Below, in pieces: positions 14,002 to 28,075 of a stretch of 64,000 nucleotides of DNA. Positions within the stretch are counted from its first letter, which is position 1. Every line of letters starts with the position of its first letter. A program made the position numbers and the translations under genes. The notes below the pieces were generated by a model, which searched no databases, was not told the DNA's origin, and saw only the letters and a program-made list of their open reading frames with translations. Source of the DNA: Chiloscyllium plagiosum (lineage: Eukaryota). The stretch covers positions 14,239,221 to 14,303,220 of the forward strand of contig NC_057750.1 of the NCBI RefSeq assembly GCF_004010195.1, in the 5' to 3' direction.

Positions 14002-14157
14002 GATTAGATTAGATTACTTACAGTGTGGAAACAGGCCCTTCGGCCCAACAAGTCCACACCGCCCCGCCGAAGCGCAACCCACCCATACCCCTACATTTAC
14101 CCCTTACCTAACACTACGGGCAATTTAGCATGGCCAATTCACCTGACCTGCACATCT
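14002..14157 (-). mobile_element. HE1/V-SINE-like, 5'-truncated
   Basis: Matches the 3' half of 8960-9266. Confidence 0.85.
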
Positions 14158-14464
14158 TATGTCTCACCTGTGGCAGATGTGTGTCATCACCAGTGTTCCC
14201 ACTAACTTGACTTTCTTCTACGCAGATCTCTGAGGTCCATGAGTAGAACTGCACAGCTCAGAGGAAGCATAGGTTATAAAATATCTGAACAGGTTGATTA
14301 AACTACTTAGGACATTATAAAATGCTATTGGTAATCATGAGAATGGGAAAAAAAATTAAAATTCCTAATCTGGCAGCCTCTATCTTATTAACTGACAGTA
14401 TCCTCATTTTTATTAAACTCAGCTGTTACAGATATTACCTTTTGGAACTGAAACAAATGACGTG

Positions 14465-15110
14465 TCATAGAGTCATAGTGTCATTGAGTCGTACAGCCCG
14501 GAAACAGATCCTTCAGTCTAACTCATCCATGCTGACCTGATATCCTAAATTAATCTAGTCTTGTTTGCCCAGCACCTGGCCCATATTCCCTCCAAACCCT
14601 TCCTATTCATATACCCATCCAGATGCCTTTTAAATGTTGTTATTGTACTAGCCTCCACCACTTCCTCCAGCAGTATGTTCCAAACACACAGTACCCTCAG
14701 CGTGAAAATGTTGCCCCTTAGGTCCCTTTTAAATCTTTCCCCCTCACCTTAAACCTATGCCTTCTAGATTTGGACTCCTCCATCCTGGAGAAAAGACCTT
14801 GGCTATTCACTCTATCCATGCCCCTCATGATTTTATAAACCTCTATAAAGTCACCCCTCACCCTCCGACGCTCAAGAACAAACAGCCCCAGCCTATTCAG
14901 CCTCTCCCTATAGCACAGAGCCTCCAACTCTGGCAGCATCCTTGTAAATCTTTTCTGAACCCTTTCAAATTTAATGACATCCTTCCTATAGCAGAGAGAC
15001 CAGAACTGCATGCAGTATTCCAAAAGTGTTCTAACCAATATGCTGTACAACCGCAACATGACCTCCGAACTTCTGTACTCAATGCCCTGACCAATAAAGG
15101 CAAGCACATA
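14465..15110 (-). mobile_element. CR1 LINE 3' fragment
   Basis: ORF with LVRTLLEYCMQFWS and LERRRVRGD, plus CR1 3'UTR. Confidence 0.9.
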
Positions 15111-17149
15111 AATAATTTGGGCACTCTCAGCGGAAATTTGATTTTACTGCTGATATGAGACTTACTCAATGGCAGGCAGCATTCATTCCACCTATTGTCA
15201 ATGGTAGTTACCATGGCCTAAGACTAGGTTAATCAGTTCAATCTTTGCGATGGATGTTAATGTGCACTGTTCTAAAAAAGATTTTTTTTGCTGTTCAGAT
15301 AGTCTCACAATTATTACAACACCAAGGTTGCTCTTTATGCCCTTCATATAAACAATACTGAATACTATTCCCCTGCTTTAAGGAAAAGTGTTGCATTAAA
15401 ATTCAGACTATTGCTTAATAGCTGCCAATGTATCTGAAAATATCGCTTTCCTAAGCATGGGACATGCATGTTCTCAAGTGGTTTAAAAACAAATTGAAAA
15501 TATATATTTTATTGTTTTACCTTCTCTTTCTTTGCTCTACTGCAGCAGATAAATTGGGAATGCAATCTTTGTAGACTTTTAAATTGTCACAAAGTATTTG
15601 GAATTGCTTAAGTGTGTGATATCCTCATGTTAGATTTCCTTTCCACCTGCTAAAGTAATATGTCAGTGCTCAATGTTTCCAGTATTAATGGGGGAATTGA
15701 GGAAATTGCAAACACAAATTTGGATGATTGATGAAATAGTTCATGAGGATATTTGAAAAGGGCCACTTTTTTCCCCTTTTAAATTAGAAATTGGAATTGA
15801 AAGTTGGACATAGCTATACACTATACCTTGGGAGTGTCAAGTGGGATTGCATGTTGTACACTTTAGATACACAAAATTATGTTGCTTTTTGGAACAGTGA
15901 GGTGGGTACTTTGAGACAGACCATCACTAAGAATGTTGGAGTGAAAGAAAACCTGTCTAGCAACAACGTTTTGGATCTGCTATGAATGTTGTGGTTCACA
16001 GACCCGTAAGACAGTGCATCCAGAGATATTCAGAAGCCTGCGAATAAGAATCATCTCTTCCTCTTTCTCCGAGTGGAAAAAGACAAAAAAAACCTAGTGA
16101 CTTGAAGAATTCCAATTCAAGAAAAGTCATAGGGTCACACCATTGGCTATTGAATTGAAGATTGACCATTGCTCTGTGGACAACCATGAATTATCATTGT
16201 TTAAAATCGAAAGAACTATGGGGACCAGCTCATTCTACTTATATGGTCTGAATTTTGATCCCCAGAATTGGCTTTACCTGTCTATATGTTTTGACCCATG
16301 TTTGTGTCAAACTTTTTTTGTTCCTTATTTGTACAATCAGACAATCCCTACAGTGCAGAAGGAGGCCATTCAGCCTATCGAGTGTGCACTGACCATCTGA
16401 AATGCACCCTACCTGACCCATGGCTTTAAGGGCAGGAAAAAACAGTTATTGCTTATAACATTCAGAGTCGCAAGTCAATTTAGGGAATATGGAGAATTAC
16501 TTCAGCATGAGACTCACATTTCTAGCTTTGTTTTGAATTACTTCCCAGACATTCAAAGACATTCTGATCAGTGTAGAGTGTTAATTGTTTAGAGAAAACA
16601 ATCCACTCAACTACTTCAAAGTGTTCACCAGGTTTGGAGCAACAAAGACCCAGTGGACTCCAGTTTTGATTTCACATCCAGTTTAGATCAAACACAAGTA
16701 ATGCAAATATTGATGCCCTTAATTGGAAGACAGATAACAGGTGGGAACATATCCCTTATTGACTGAAGGAAGCTATAGCTGATGCCATGTCCATGCTCTA
16801 AGTTAAAGACAGCATTCTGATCCCAATTCCCTATGAACTAAAATTTAGTGAAATATCACTGATCCCCTTATGAGTGAGATCCAGAACAGTCGTGGTTTCA
16901 CTTTTGCCTTCTTTTTGAAAGACGACCTCAGACAGCTTTGGCTGATTGATATGGACAACAGTAGATTGCATCGTTACTCGATGGCTTGACTTACTCCATC
17001 AGGGAATAGCAGGATACAGACCATGTGCAGGAAGATGGGATTAGTTTAGAATGGCATCATGGTCGGCGCAGACATGTTGCCTAAAAGGCATGTGCCTGTG
17101 CTATATTGTTTTATGTTCTATCGCAGAGCCAGCTGCTAAATGGGTTCAA

Positions 17150-19050
17150 ACAAGCATGGAAACTGTGTGGTGATGGGAGAGTACAAGGGAAGATAATGGA
17201 GTCCTCTGTTCGCTGGTTCATGACAAGGACATAGAAGTGAAGCAACTCATCCTTCCCATCAGTGTCAAGTGTTCGTGACCAAACAGAAAGCCAACTAGAG
17301 TAATGATGATTGCTATGACCAGAGAAAGGTAGGGAAGTTATTGATCACTACTGCTGAAATTGAGAGGTGTACTGAGGCAAAAACAGTGATGCGATTTCAC
17401 CCCAGCATATGGGGTTGTTGAGACTTCTAGCTGTACTTGCCATGGATTTTACACTCAGTGATTTGAGTAGTAACAAGACTGAACACACTGTCTGTACTCA
17501 CCAAGTTTACAAGGGTATTTGCACCTGAGACCAAAGGCCTTAACTCTAGCAAGGGCATTAGTATGTGATTTGTTTGCCTGTTTTGGTGTTCAATGTTGGA
17601 TTCGCACTGGGCATGCAACTTTGAGAGCAAGATCCTACAGGATTTTGGCAAAGTCTGTGATATTGCCAAGAACCGTGTCACCCCTTATCATCCGCAAGGA
17701 AATGGGCAGTACGAAGGATTCACCCATACTCTACGTGACTGTCTAATCACCTTGCCTCTCGAGAGTTAGCAAAAGTAGCCTGAATACCTTTCGCAGGTGG
17801 CTTATGCTAAGAATTCACCCCACACTCGTCCACCAGCTTATCTCAACACTGTCTCTTCTTTAAACAAGATATACTCCTTTCCATGGACCATCTCATTGAG
17901 CTCGTCACACCATTTCACTAAACCAGGCATTCAAGCTGACATTCAAGAGGACTGAGATGAAAATCATCAAACGATCACAAAGCTGACAGGGCTGACCTTC
18001 TGATCAGCATAGGAATATTCCTCCAAAATTTGGAATATCAGGAATTGGAACCCCATACAGACATTTAAGTGACTGAATACAGGTTACCATATCTATGTTG
18101 AACCATTAGCTAGATGCAAGACAATCTCAGAAAATGATTCAGAGGGAAGTTGCTTGAGTCCAAGAGTCTGGTGGATGATGTACAGGCAATCCATGCAGAA
18201 CCTGAAGTTTTGGTGTATGTTGGCATGAGTGAATGGAACGAGGTAGTGATGAGGAATTCAGTAGTTACTTGGGTGCTGTGAATTGGAAGGGTGCGTCCAG
18301 TGTTGGGGAAGCTTACTCCCACACGGGGAAATGACATAGGGATATCCTGCCGGGAGGCAGAATTTGAAATAACACTGAGACTGTATTCCCTACAGTGTGG
18401 AAGCGGGCCGTTTGGCCCAACAAGTACAGACCGACCCTCTGAAGAGTAACCCATCCAGATCCATTTCCCTCTGAGTGATGCACCTAACACTATGGGCAAT
18501 TTAGCATTGCCAACCTGCACATCTTTGGATTGTGGGAGAAAACAGGAGCACCCGGAGGAAACCCAAATAGACACGGAGAGAATGTGCAAACTCCGCACAG
18601 ATGTCACCTGAGGCTGGAATCAAACCCGGGTCCCTGGCACTGTGAGGCTGCAGTGCTAACCACTGAGCCACTGTGCCGCCCCAACTGTTGCTGATCATAC
18701 AGCTTTTGGACACCTGACCAAGCTGGACCTGAACGTGATCCTGCTGAGAACTTGTATCCTTAGGAACGTACCAGTACTGATAAGGGGCTGAGTAGGTCAT
18801 CTTGAGAAAATGCTTGAATTTACCCCAATCACTGCCATTTGTCTGGATTGATGACTAAAGAAGAAGAGCTGCCACACATATTCTAGTAATCATAGTGCAA
18901 TTGAACGTGCTAATCTCACAACTATTTTGTAAACAGTCATTGGGTGCTTTTACACGAAGTCGCAAGGATGGCAAGTCTCAAGCAGCAATGTGTATTATCC
19001 AACCTTCAGCAGCAAGTGACAGTGCTGAGGAAGGCCACTGAGAATGAAAG
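17150..19050 (-). mobile_element. Heavily decayed LINE remnant, possibly RTE clade; boundaries approximate
   Basis: Degenerate RT-like stretches near 17400-17750. Interrupted by the SINE at 18381-18681. Confidence 0.4.
18381..18681 (-). mobile_element. HE1/V-SINE-like, older subfamily
   Basis: Head GGGCGGCACAGTGGCTCAGTGGTTAGCAC on the minus strand; same body as the other copies. Confidence 0.85.
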
Positions 19051-20459
19051 CTGGGATAGTAGCAGGTTGCAATAGAATTACATTTGTCGTCATGTGTACA
19101 TAAGTACAGAAATACAGAAGCACAATGAAAAGTTTACAAACTCTCCATTCCGGGCGCCATCTTAGGTACAAAGGTACTTAGGTATAAAATTTTAGGTACA
19201 AAGTAGAAAAATAAAGGAATAAGTTAAAAGTTAAACCTTACAGTTCTTAGTATAAAGTCAAAAAAAATTATAGTTCTTCTTTAGCTATGGGCCTGCAGAT
19301 GCTTCATGCTGGGCTTCTCCACGAGGGCTACATCTCCCCACATGGGCTCAGTATCCTCAGCGCTATGCTTGATCTCTTCCCGGTGCTGGGCTGATTCCCT
19401 CCTCTGTGCTGGCATGCACTTCTATGTGATGCCGTCTCACCGCCGACTGCTACAGTCCAGTCCAGCTTGTCAGACACCTTGCCGCCGACCGCATCTGATC
19501 TCACCAGCCAACTCACCACAGATCGCCTTGCGCCAGCTGCTTCATGCCAAAGACCCACTTCGGCCCCTTATCATCATTGCCTCCACAACCAAGATCCCTC
19601 CAATGTGCCGATTAGCTGATACAGTTGAATGGACCTTCTCTGGAGAGTGTCTTCAGGGAAGGAGGTAGAAGGATCAGACAGTAAAGGATTTCTTCAGCAA
19701 GATGTAAACTACAAGTGTATTCCATGTAAATATGGTGTCTTCCATGTTTAGCATTACTTTCTGTTCATGTTTGTAATGACCTGATGCCAATGGACTAAAG
19801 AATCCCTGTTTCACGATGTTTGGGCATTCCAAGTGTTAGATCTCAAGTTCTATCCGCCCTTGTGATTGTTAGTGGAATAGTGGGGCTGCGTTATCAGTAC
19901 ACTCTCCACAACTGAGTTATGAGAACATTTAATCTTACAGCTTCTATATAAGTCTGAGGGAGATTGTTAGCGATAACATCATTTGAGATAGAAATCAGGA
20001 GGCTCAGGCAGGAATGCAAATCTAACAAAGCAATTTGTGAAATTTTAAAATTTAATTAATTAATAAAAATTTGGAATAAAAATCTATCTCAAATATTGAC
20101 CATGAAACTAAAGACATTAATTCACTAATTCCCTGTTTCAGTCTGGCCCATTTGTGTCTTCAAATTCGCAGCATCACAGTCAATGTTTTCCTCTGAAATG
20201 GCCTAGTAAGGCGCTCTGTTCAAGGGTAATTGGGGAATGAGCAAGAAATGCTAGCCTTACCAGTGACACACACATCCCATGAAAGTTATTTTAAAAAAGT
20301 ATGACATTTGTTTTTTTGTCTGCTGCCCAAAAGAAAACTATTTCTTTCTGGACAGGTGCAGTATTCTGTATAGACATTACAACATTTTTGTTCCGTATTT
20401 TGCTTCTGTTTTGAGTGAAAAGAAAATTAAGGTTGTATTTCCAAAAATGGAGAAGTAGT

Positions 20460-20950
20460 ATCATAATGGAAATGTTATTGGATAAGTGACCCAGACCTCC
20501 AGACTAATGTTCTGAGGTTGAGTTCAAATCCTACTATGGCAAATAACGACATTTTAATTCAATATAAATTTGGAACAAATAAAAACTAGCCTAATGGCAA
20601 CCACTGTTGATTGTTGTATAAATCTGTCTGGTTCACTAATATCCTTTTACAGAGTCATAGAGTCCTACGGCATGGAGGCTGACCCTTCGGTCCAAACTGG
20701 TCCATGCCGACCAAAACGTCCATCCACGCTCGCCCCATTTCCCTGCACTTTCCCCATATCCTTCTCAACTTTTCCTATCTGTGTATTTTCAGGAAGGGAA
20801 TCTGCTGTCTGTACCAGATCCAGCCCACATATGACCCCAGACCCACCGCAGTGTGGTTGACTTGTAATTGACCTCTGCACAAAATGGGGATGAGCAGTAA
20901 ATGCCAGCACAGCTAGCAGTGCCAACATCCCATGAACAAATAAATAAATT
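20460..20950 (+). mobile_element. tRNA-head SINE of a second family, interrupted by a CR1 3' fragment (~20648-20790, minus)
   Basis: GAGTTCAAATCC B-box-like motif. Tail ...ACATCCCATGAA is shared with copies near 20000-20290, 27585-27830(-), 45420-45640(-) and 53070-53430. Confidence 0.65.
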
Positions 20951-21116
20951 AACAATCAAAGGAAAGATACTAGAAAAATCAAATGCATTGAAATATGTTG
21001 AAGCAAAGAAGTAATTCTCATAATTATCTGAATTTGATTGTCATTAGATCAGCAAGACAACAAAATAGTTACCTTTTGAAATTCACGTTGGTCATAATAC
21101 TTTTCAAGTTCTGTGA

Positions 21117-21218
<102 letters not shown>

Positions 21219-21604
21219 TAAAGAGATTAGACTGGTTCACAGAAATGTAGATTCCACGTCATTTTCCGGGGCGGGGTGGCGGAAAAGAAATCTAACCTAT
21301 TTAAAGTGTGTATAATTAGAGAGTTAGGAAAGAGTAGAGATGTAGAGGTGTAAAGCAGAACTGTATGACTTGAATGATCTTTTCTTGAAGCTTTTCAAGT
21401 TTAATTTTACAGATTCTAGAGGATATGTTATCTGAATTAGTCTGGAAATTGTTTTACAATTTTGAAATCTATAGCTAATAAACTCAAATAGTGGCAGTGT
21501 CAAAGTTCATTTGAGACAGCAGTACAGGTTGCCCTTAATGCTAGCAATGTGTTAACTGCTTCATACCATTTGACCAATGCGACCATTGAGCCAATTATTG
21601 AAGT

Positions 21605-21810
21605 ACTGAGTTGGTTAGCTCAGTTGGCTGGATGGCTGATTTGTGAGGCAGAGTGACATGAACATTGCGTGTTCAATTCCACCCTAGCTGACGTCATCGT
21701 GAATATTCAGCCTTCTCAGACCTGCCCCTCACTTGAGGGGTGATGACCCTCAGGTTAAACTCCCCACCAGTGGTCTCTCTCTAGTAAGAGAGCACCCCTA
21801 TGGTGACTGC
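21605..21810 (+). mobile_element. tRNA-derived SINE of a third family
   Basis: TAGCTCAGTTGG A box and GTTCAATTCC B box. Second copy at 59830-60000. Confidence 0.65.
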
Positions 21811-22323
21811 TAGTAGTAGCAGAGGAAAACTCCATTAACTACAGATTGTTTCATTGGTGCACGTCATCTGCTTTCCTAAATGTGAATTAAAATGCAAATA
21901 AATGTGATTGAAATCCCTTTTCTTAAAATAGAAATCCAGGTTTGTGACAAGTATATGCATTTACTAGGATCACACTTAAGTATCTAATACCATTGAATTA
22001 GCATCCTTGTTAGTAATCAAGTGAAAGCACACTTATCCCTGGTCATAAATCTATGACTCTTTTACCGGTATCATATGACATCTGTTACTTAATTAATTGT
22101 TAGCACAAGTGTTTTTTCTACTTGGTACATTCTATTATTATTATTACCTAGTACTTGGGAATCAAATAATCCTCATGCCACAATGTATCTTCAAAAGTAT
22201 AGCATAAAATGCAATTCTATATGGAAAATCTACATGAATTGTATATTTTGTTTGCTTCAAGACGCTGTAAAAGAGATGTTAGTTGTCTTCTGCTTTCTGA
22301 AGAATTGATCTTTTACTCAACAG

Positions 22324-22480
22324 TTGGAGTGGTGGACACATGAAATGGGGTCAGCCTTTCCGCATTCGGCATGTTACAACAGGCAAATACTTGGGTCTGG
22401 ATGAGGAGAAAGGACTTTTACTTTTTGATCAAGACAAATCAAACACCAAAATCACCTCATTTTGCTTCCGTATCTCAAAG
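22324..22480 (+). CDS. ryr1: RyR exon (~ex10) [24 protein letters not shown]...FCFRISK
   Basis: caacag|T...AAG|gtgagt; 157 nt; phase 2 to 0. Confidence 0.95.
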
Positions 22481-22666
22481 GTGAGTGAAAATTTGGGGGG
22501 TGGGAGAGTATCGGAAGTAAGTTGTTTTCAAAATTCTAACTTATTGCAAGCTTCCTGCACAGACAGAAAATTGTTATGGCATTTGCTAATTTAATGACAT
22601 TTTAGTGGAATAGCATTAAGGACCTGCCAACTTGTTAAGAAGGATTGGAACTTCTTGCTTACATAA

Positions 22667-22908
22667 TTTAGATTTAGATTAGATTAGATTACAGTGTGGA
22701 AACAGGCCCTTCAGCCCAACAAGTCCACACCCACCCGCCGAAGCGAAACCCACCCATACCCCTACATTTACCCCTTACCTAACACTACAGGCAATTTAGT
22801 ATGGCCAATTCACCTGACCCTGCACATCTTTGGATGGTGGGAGGAAACCGGAGCACCCAGAGGAAACCCACGCAGACACGGGGAGAACATGCAAACTCCA
22901 CACAGTCA
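22667..22908 (-). mobile_element. HE1/V-SINE-like, 5'-truncated
   Basis: Matches 8960-9200. Confidence 0.85.
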
Positions 22909-23539
22909 TATAATTGAGTATAACAAAAAAAAATCTAGCCACTAGAGTTAGTAAGGAGGAGAAAAATCAAGTCATCAATGCTGCTCCTCACTGTGATCAA
23001 TTGAACAAGGCTTATATCAAATGTGTGATGATCAAAGATAATCAAGCTTGAAATAGATCTTTGAGGTAGATGAAAGGTGTCCAGCTGCTCCAATATGAAA
23101 CCGACTCCTTTTTAGCACTGCAACTTCTCCTTTTTACCTTGCTCACATTTCAGACTTGTTCTGTCACTTTTTAACTCAGCCTTGCATAACTCCACAACAT
23201 TCCACTCTTTTTTTTCTATGTTGCTGCATGTGGCATTCTCTGAGTAGCTCTTCAGTTCCACCTAAGTGTTGTGGCCGAGAGTCTTAGCCCACTCTTGCAT
23301 ATTTTTGATGGATTGTTAATGAATAGGCCAGGAATTGCTAATGAATATAGAGTTCCTTCACCCTTTTTTTCTTGATTAGCAGGTCACTGTACAAATGGGC
23401 ACAGTGATGTGTGGGAGAATGCATTCGAATGCAATTTAAAATATGAATTACATACCTTCCTTTTATCATTCAATATTCTGTCTTCATTTTCTCTACTCTG
23501 CTGAAACTGAGGGGTTAAAGGTTAGGAGGAAATAAGTGC

Positions 23540-25362
23540 AATAACTATATCACTACAGAAAAAGTACTAGGGAAACTAATGGGGTTAAAGGCTGTTCAGT
23601 CCTTGGACCTATTAGGTTGTCTCTCAGGACATTAAAGGAAGTAGCTATCGAGATAGTAGAAGCATTGATAATAATAATCCAAGAATCCTTAGATTCTGGG
23701 AAAGGCACAGTGGATTGGAAAATTGCCAATATAACACATTTCTTCAGAAAAAGGATACGAGACATCAATAACTATAGTCCAGTTAACCTAACGTGTTTTG
23801 GGGAAAATGTTAAGAATGTATTATAAAGGATGTAATTGCAGAGCATTTAGAAACACATAATGTAATAAGCATGATTTAATGTAGGAGAAATCATGCTTGA
23901 CAAATCTAATACAGTTCTTTGAGGAGGTAACAAACAGAGTGGAACAAGAAGAACCAATAGATGTAATATGTTTGGACTTCCAAAAGGCAGTTAATAAAGA
24001 ACCACACATAAGGCTACTTAATAAGTAGGGTGATGGAGGTAATAGATTAGCATGAAGTGAGCATTGAGTATGTTATAGAAGACAGAGTTAGGATAAAGGG
24101 ATCATTTTCAGATGTCAGTCTGTAGCTAATGGAGTGCCAAAGGGATCAGAAGTAAAAGCAGAAATTTCTGGGAAAACTGAGCTGGTCTGGCAGCATCTGC
24201 AGAGAGACCAGTGACCCTTCTTTAGAGCAGACCTGAAATATTAACTCCGCTTTCTATTCCTAGATGCTACCAAACCTGTTTAGTTTTCCCAGCAATTTCT
24301 GTTTTTGTTTCTGATTTCCAGCATTTGCAGTTTTAGGTTTTTTTTTCGAGCTGGATCAGTGCTGGAGCCACAATTATTTATTCTATTTATTACTGATTTG
24401 GGTGAGAGAAGTGAGCTTACTATCACCCAAGTTTGCAGAAGTCCCAAGGAAAGGTGTAAATACTAGTAGTGAGGATAGTACAGGGAGTCTAGACAGGTTA
24501 AATGAGTGGGCAAACACTTGGCAGATAAAACGTAATGTGAGAAAATGTGAGGTTATGAACTTTGGCTGGAAGAATAGAAGGGCTGGATATTATTCAACTG
24601 AGAAATGACTGCAGAAAGCTGCAGCCCCAAGAGATTTGGGGGTCATCATGCATGAATGAATATTTAGCTGTTACTAGGGAAGGTAAATGGAACAATAGGT
24701 TTTTATTTCAAAGGGAATGAAGTATAAAAATAGGGACATCAAGACACTAGTCAGACCACAGTTGGAACACTGAACATTCGTGTGCTCCTTATCTAAGGAA
24801 ATATATACTGCCATTGGAGCAGTCCAGAGAAAGTTGATTAAGCTGACACTACATATGGAGGGATTTCCTTATGACGTGAAGTTGTGTCAGTTGGAGGCGA
24901 AACATAAAAGATTCTTGGAGGGCTTGACAGGATAGGTGTGGAGAGAAAACATTCTACCTCTACTTTCTCCCATTAGATGCTGCCAGATCTGCAGGGTTTC
25001 TCCAGCAATTTCAGTTTTTATTTCAAATCTCTAGCATCTTTATTTTAGATGAAGAGAGGTTGTTTCCCCTGGTGGGAGAGTTCAGGACCAGGTGCATCAT
25101 CTCCACAAAAGGAGTTGTCTATAAAAATGGAGATGCACAACCTTTTTTTTCTAAGGGTGGTGAATCTGTGGAATTCTTTACACCCAGAGCTGTTGAGGTT
25201 GAGGGTTGAGACTGAAAGATTCCTAATCATTTAGCATCAGGTTTCATGGGGTAAGTCAGGAGCGTGGAGTTGAGAATTATCAGATCAGCCATGATTCCAC
25301 TAAATGGCAGAACAGACTAGATGGACTGAATGGACTACATCTGTTCCTACATCTTACGGTCT
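23540..25362 (+). mobile_element. Old decayed CR1 LINE with nested short PLE-terminus inserts (~24150-24335 and ~24945-25045)
   Basis: Fragments LKEVAIEIVEAL, DWKIANIT, KSCLTNL, DFQKA and RVVNLWNSL. Confidence 0.8.
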
Positions 25363-25463
25363 AACTGCTAAGTGATTTCTAGAAATATCTGTGAATGGTT
25401 TAATGCTTCCTCTGATAGGTCACTCATTCAGGTTGAATAATGTGTAAGATGTTGTTTTCTCAC

Positions 25464-25672
25464 AGTTAAAAATCACACAACACCAGGTTATAGTCCAACA
25501 GGTTTATTTGGAAGCACTAGCTTTTGGACAGCTGCTCCTTCATCAGGTGGTTGTGGAGTATAAGATCCACAGCAATTCATAGCAATTTGCTATAAATTCT
25601 GTGTCTTATAACCTGGTGCTGTGTGATTTTTAATTTTGTACACCCCAGTCCCACCCCGGCATCTCTAAATCA
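25464..25672. mobile_element. Fold-back PLE-terminus insert with a degenerate hammerhead (family B, minus strand)
   Basis: TSD TTGTTTTCTCAC (25452-25463 and 25673-25684). Inverted arms. Homologous to 26062-26159 and 49250-49385. Confidence 0.75.
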
Positions 25673-25919
25673 TTGTTTTCTCACCATCTGAATGTTGTCC
25701 TTCTGGTTGAACGTTACCTACTTAAAGCCAGATATCATGATTCTCGCTACTGTCTTTATTCTTAGTTTTACATTTATACAGAGCTTAATATATCTATGCA
25801 CAATGCTACTTCTGCCTCTGTTTAAATGCAGTAACAATACACTGACACTTTTCGTCAAAATTGTACAAAAAGGTGTTTTCATTCTGCCTCCAAAAGCCAT
25901 TGTCAGGAACAAAAATAAA

Positions 25920-26302
25920 AGGTGAGAGGGGAAAGATTTATGAAGGACCTGAGGGGCAACTACTTCGTGCAGAGAGTAGTGTGTATATGGAATGGATGCC
26001 AAAGAAAGTGGCTGAGGCAGGTACAATAACAATATTTTAAAAATTCTGTGTTACGATTGAGCCCTCCACAATCACCTGATGAAGGAGCGTCGCTCCGAAA
26101 GCTTATGCGCTTCCAATTAAACCTGTTGGACTATAACCTGGTGTTGTGTGATTTTTAACATTTAAAAAACATTTGGATAAGTACATCGATGGGAAGGGTT
26201 TAGAGGAATATGAACCACTTGGAACAAGCTGAGTGGGCATCATGGTCAGCATAGATTAGTTTGGGCTGAAGGGCCTATTTCCAATTTGTACTGCTCTATG
26301 AC
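25920..26302 (+). mobile_element. CR1 3' end containing a nested family-B hammerhead insert (~26042-26159)
   Basis: The CR1 3'UTR resumes after the insert. Motif: CTGATGA-A-GGAGC-GTC-GCTCC-GAAA-GC-TT. Confidence 0.8.
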
Positions 26303-26402
26303 TAAAAGAATATTTGATTATCTCTTTCCGAGTTGACACCAATACATAAATTACAATATATATCATAAATTGGAACTGAACACAAACTTTGTGCTTCCTT
26401 AG

Positions 26403-26567
26403 GATAAAATTGATGTTGCTCATAAAAGGGATATAGAAGGCATGGGAATTCCTGAGATCAAGTACGGTGAGTCGATGTGCTTTGTCCAACATGTGAACAG
26501 CGGACTTTGGCTGACTTACGCTGCAGCTGATACCAAAACAGTCCGTTTGGGACCCTTGAAGAGGAAA
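26403..26567 (+). CDS. ryr1: RyR exon (~ex11) [30 protein letters not shown]...LGPLKRK
   Basis: ccttag|GAT...AAA|gtaagt; 165 nt. Confidence 0.95.
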
Positions 26568-27845
26568 GTAAGTAATGCTTTTGTCAGTTGACAATTAGAG
26601 CTGAAATAAGATTATAGTTTCAAGAATACATAACAAAACTCCAGACTTCATTCCACGGCTTCATCCCGCTCCCTGGTGACAGTCTGAGATTTAAGCTATG
26701 TTTTGTAACATTGATTCCAGCTCAGATAAGTTGTTGTCGTCTCAATCATACCATCACTAAGACCTCCTATTTAATCCTCTGTGATGTCACCCGATTTTGC
26801 CCCCTTCTCACCCTGTCTGTTGTTGACCCCTCATTTTTGCCTTTGTTACTTCTCGACTTGACTGTTCCAAAGCATTCCTGGCTGGTCTTCCATCTTAAAA
26901 CCCTCGACCATTTCCATCTAGAAGGAACAGCTTTTGCTCATATATCATTGCTCTACTTTGTTTCATAATGTACCCATGAAGCATCTTGGGCCATTTTATT
27001 CTGTGACAAGTAGTGTATAAATAGAATTTAGTTTTTAACCAGAAATTATTTCTGTATCATAGAATGTGGACAGGCTCTCGGATGTTTTGGTTTTAATAAG
27101 ATGAGTTGTTTGCTCACCATTGACATACTGCCTCAGTTCTGCTTTTCTTCAACCCAGTTTTGCTAGCAGTCACCTGTTTGGGAGCAACTTCAACAATTCT
27201 ATGAATTTTACTACCCAAGTAATATATATAATACATTGTGTATGTATAAATGTTTTCATATCCATATTCATATCCAAAGCAACCATATGCATGTCTGCTT
27301 ATTCAAGTAGCAAATAGTTAGATCAACATGAATATGTGAACATATCAAATAGCAATATGTCTGCTGGAAATAAATTGACTATTTCAAAATGATAAACGTT
27401 ACAGTTTATGAAATGGCCAATTTATTGTATTCTGTCTCTTTCAAAGTGATGAACATTACAGAATATGAAAGAGGCAGAATATAATAAATGAAAGTAATGT
27501 GTCATGGCAAAGTCCTGTTATATGCCCCATTTAGAATTTAATTCTGTTGACATTAAATTTTAAAAATTTATTATTTTGTGGCAAGGCCAACATTTGTTGT
27601 TTATCCCTAATTGCCCTTGAAGTGAGTGGCTTGCAAAGCTATTTCAGAGCGCAATTAAGAATTAGCCGCATTGCTGTGGGTCTGGAATCACCTGTATTCC
27701 AGACCAGGTAAGGATGGCAGATTTCCTCCTCTAAAGCACATTAATGAACCAGTTGGGTTTTACATCAATCAATGGTTGCTTCATAGTTATCATACCTGAC
27801 ACAAGCTTATTTTTAAATCTTCGTTTTTTTAAAATTAATTGAATA

Positions 27846-28075
27846 GAGGTATCCCCTGTTGTCCAAAAGTAGAGTGTTCTTATGAAATCTTTCATAAACC
27901 GAAATGGTGTAAAGCAAAGAAGCATTAATTTATTTGGGAAAAACATTTGCCGTTTTTTTGTAAAATCAAAAATCCTCTTCGGATTTCTTTCAGTTAGCAA
28001 AAGCAGGTACTAATGTCGGTCTTTCGTAAAAGTGAAGTGGCATAAAGTGAACCTTCGAAGAACAGGGAATACCTG
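27846..28075. mobile_element. Tc1/mariner-pogo (Tigger-like) MITE
   Basis: TA|GAGGTATCCCCTGTT ... AACAGGGAATACCTG|TA terminal inverted repeats with TA duplication. Confidence 0.75.

Noticed and set aside
15700..16330. Possible solo LTR (similar impression at 42580-43400)
   Set aside because: No clear TG...CA ends, TSD or second copy could be established by eye.
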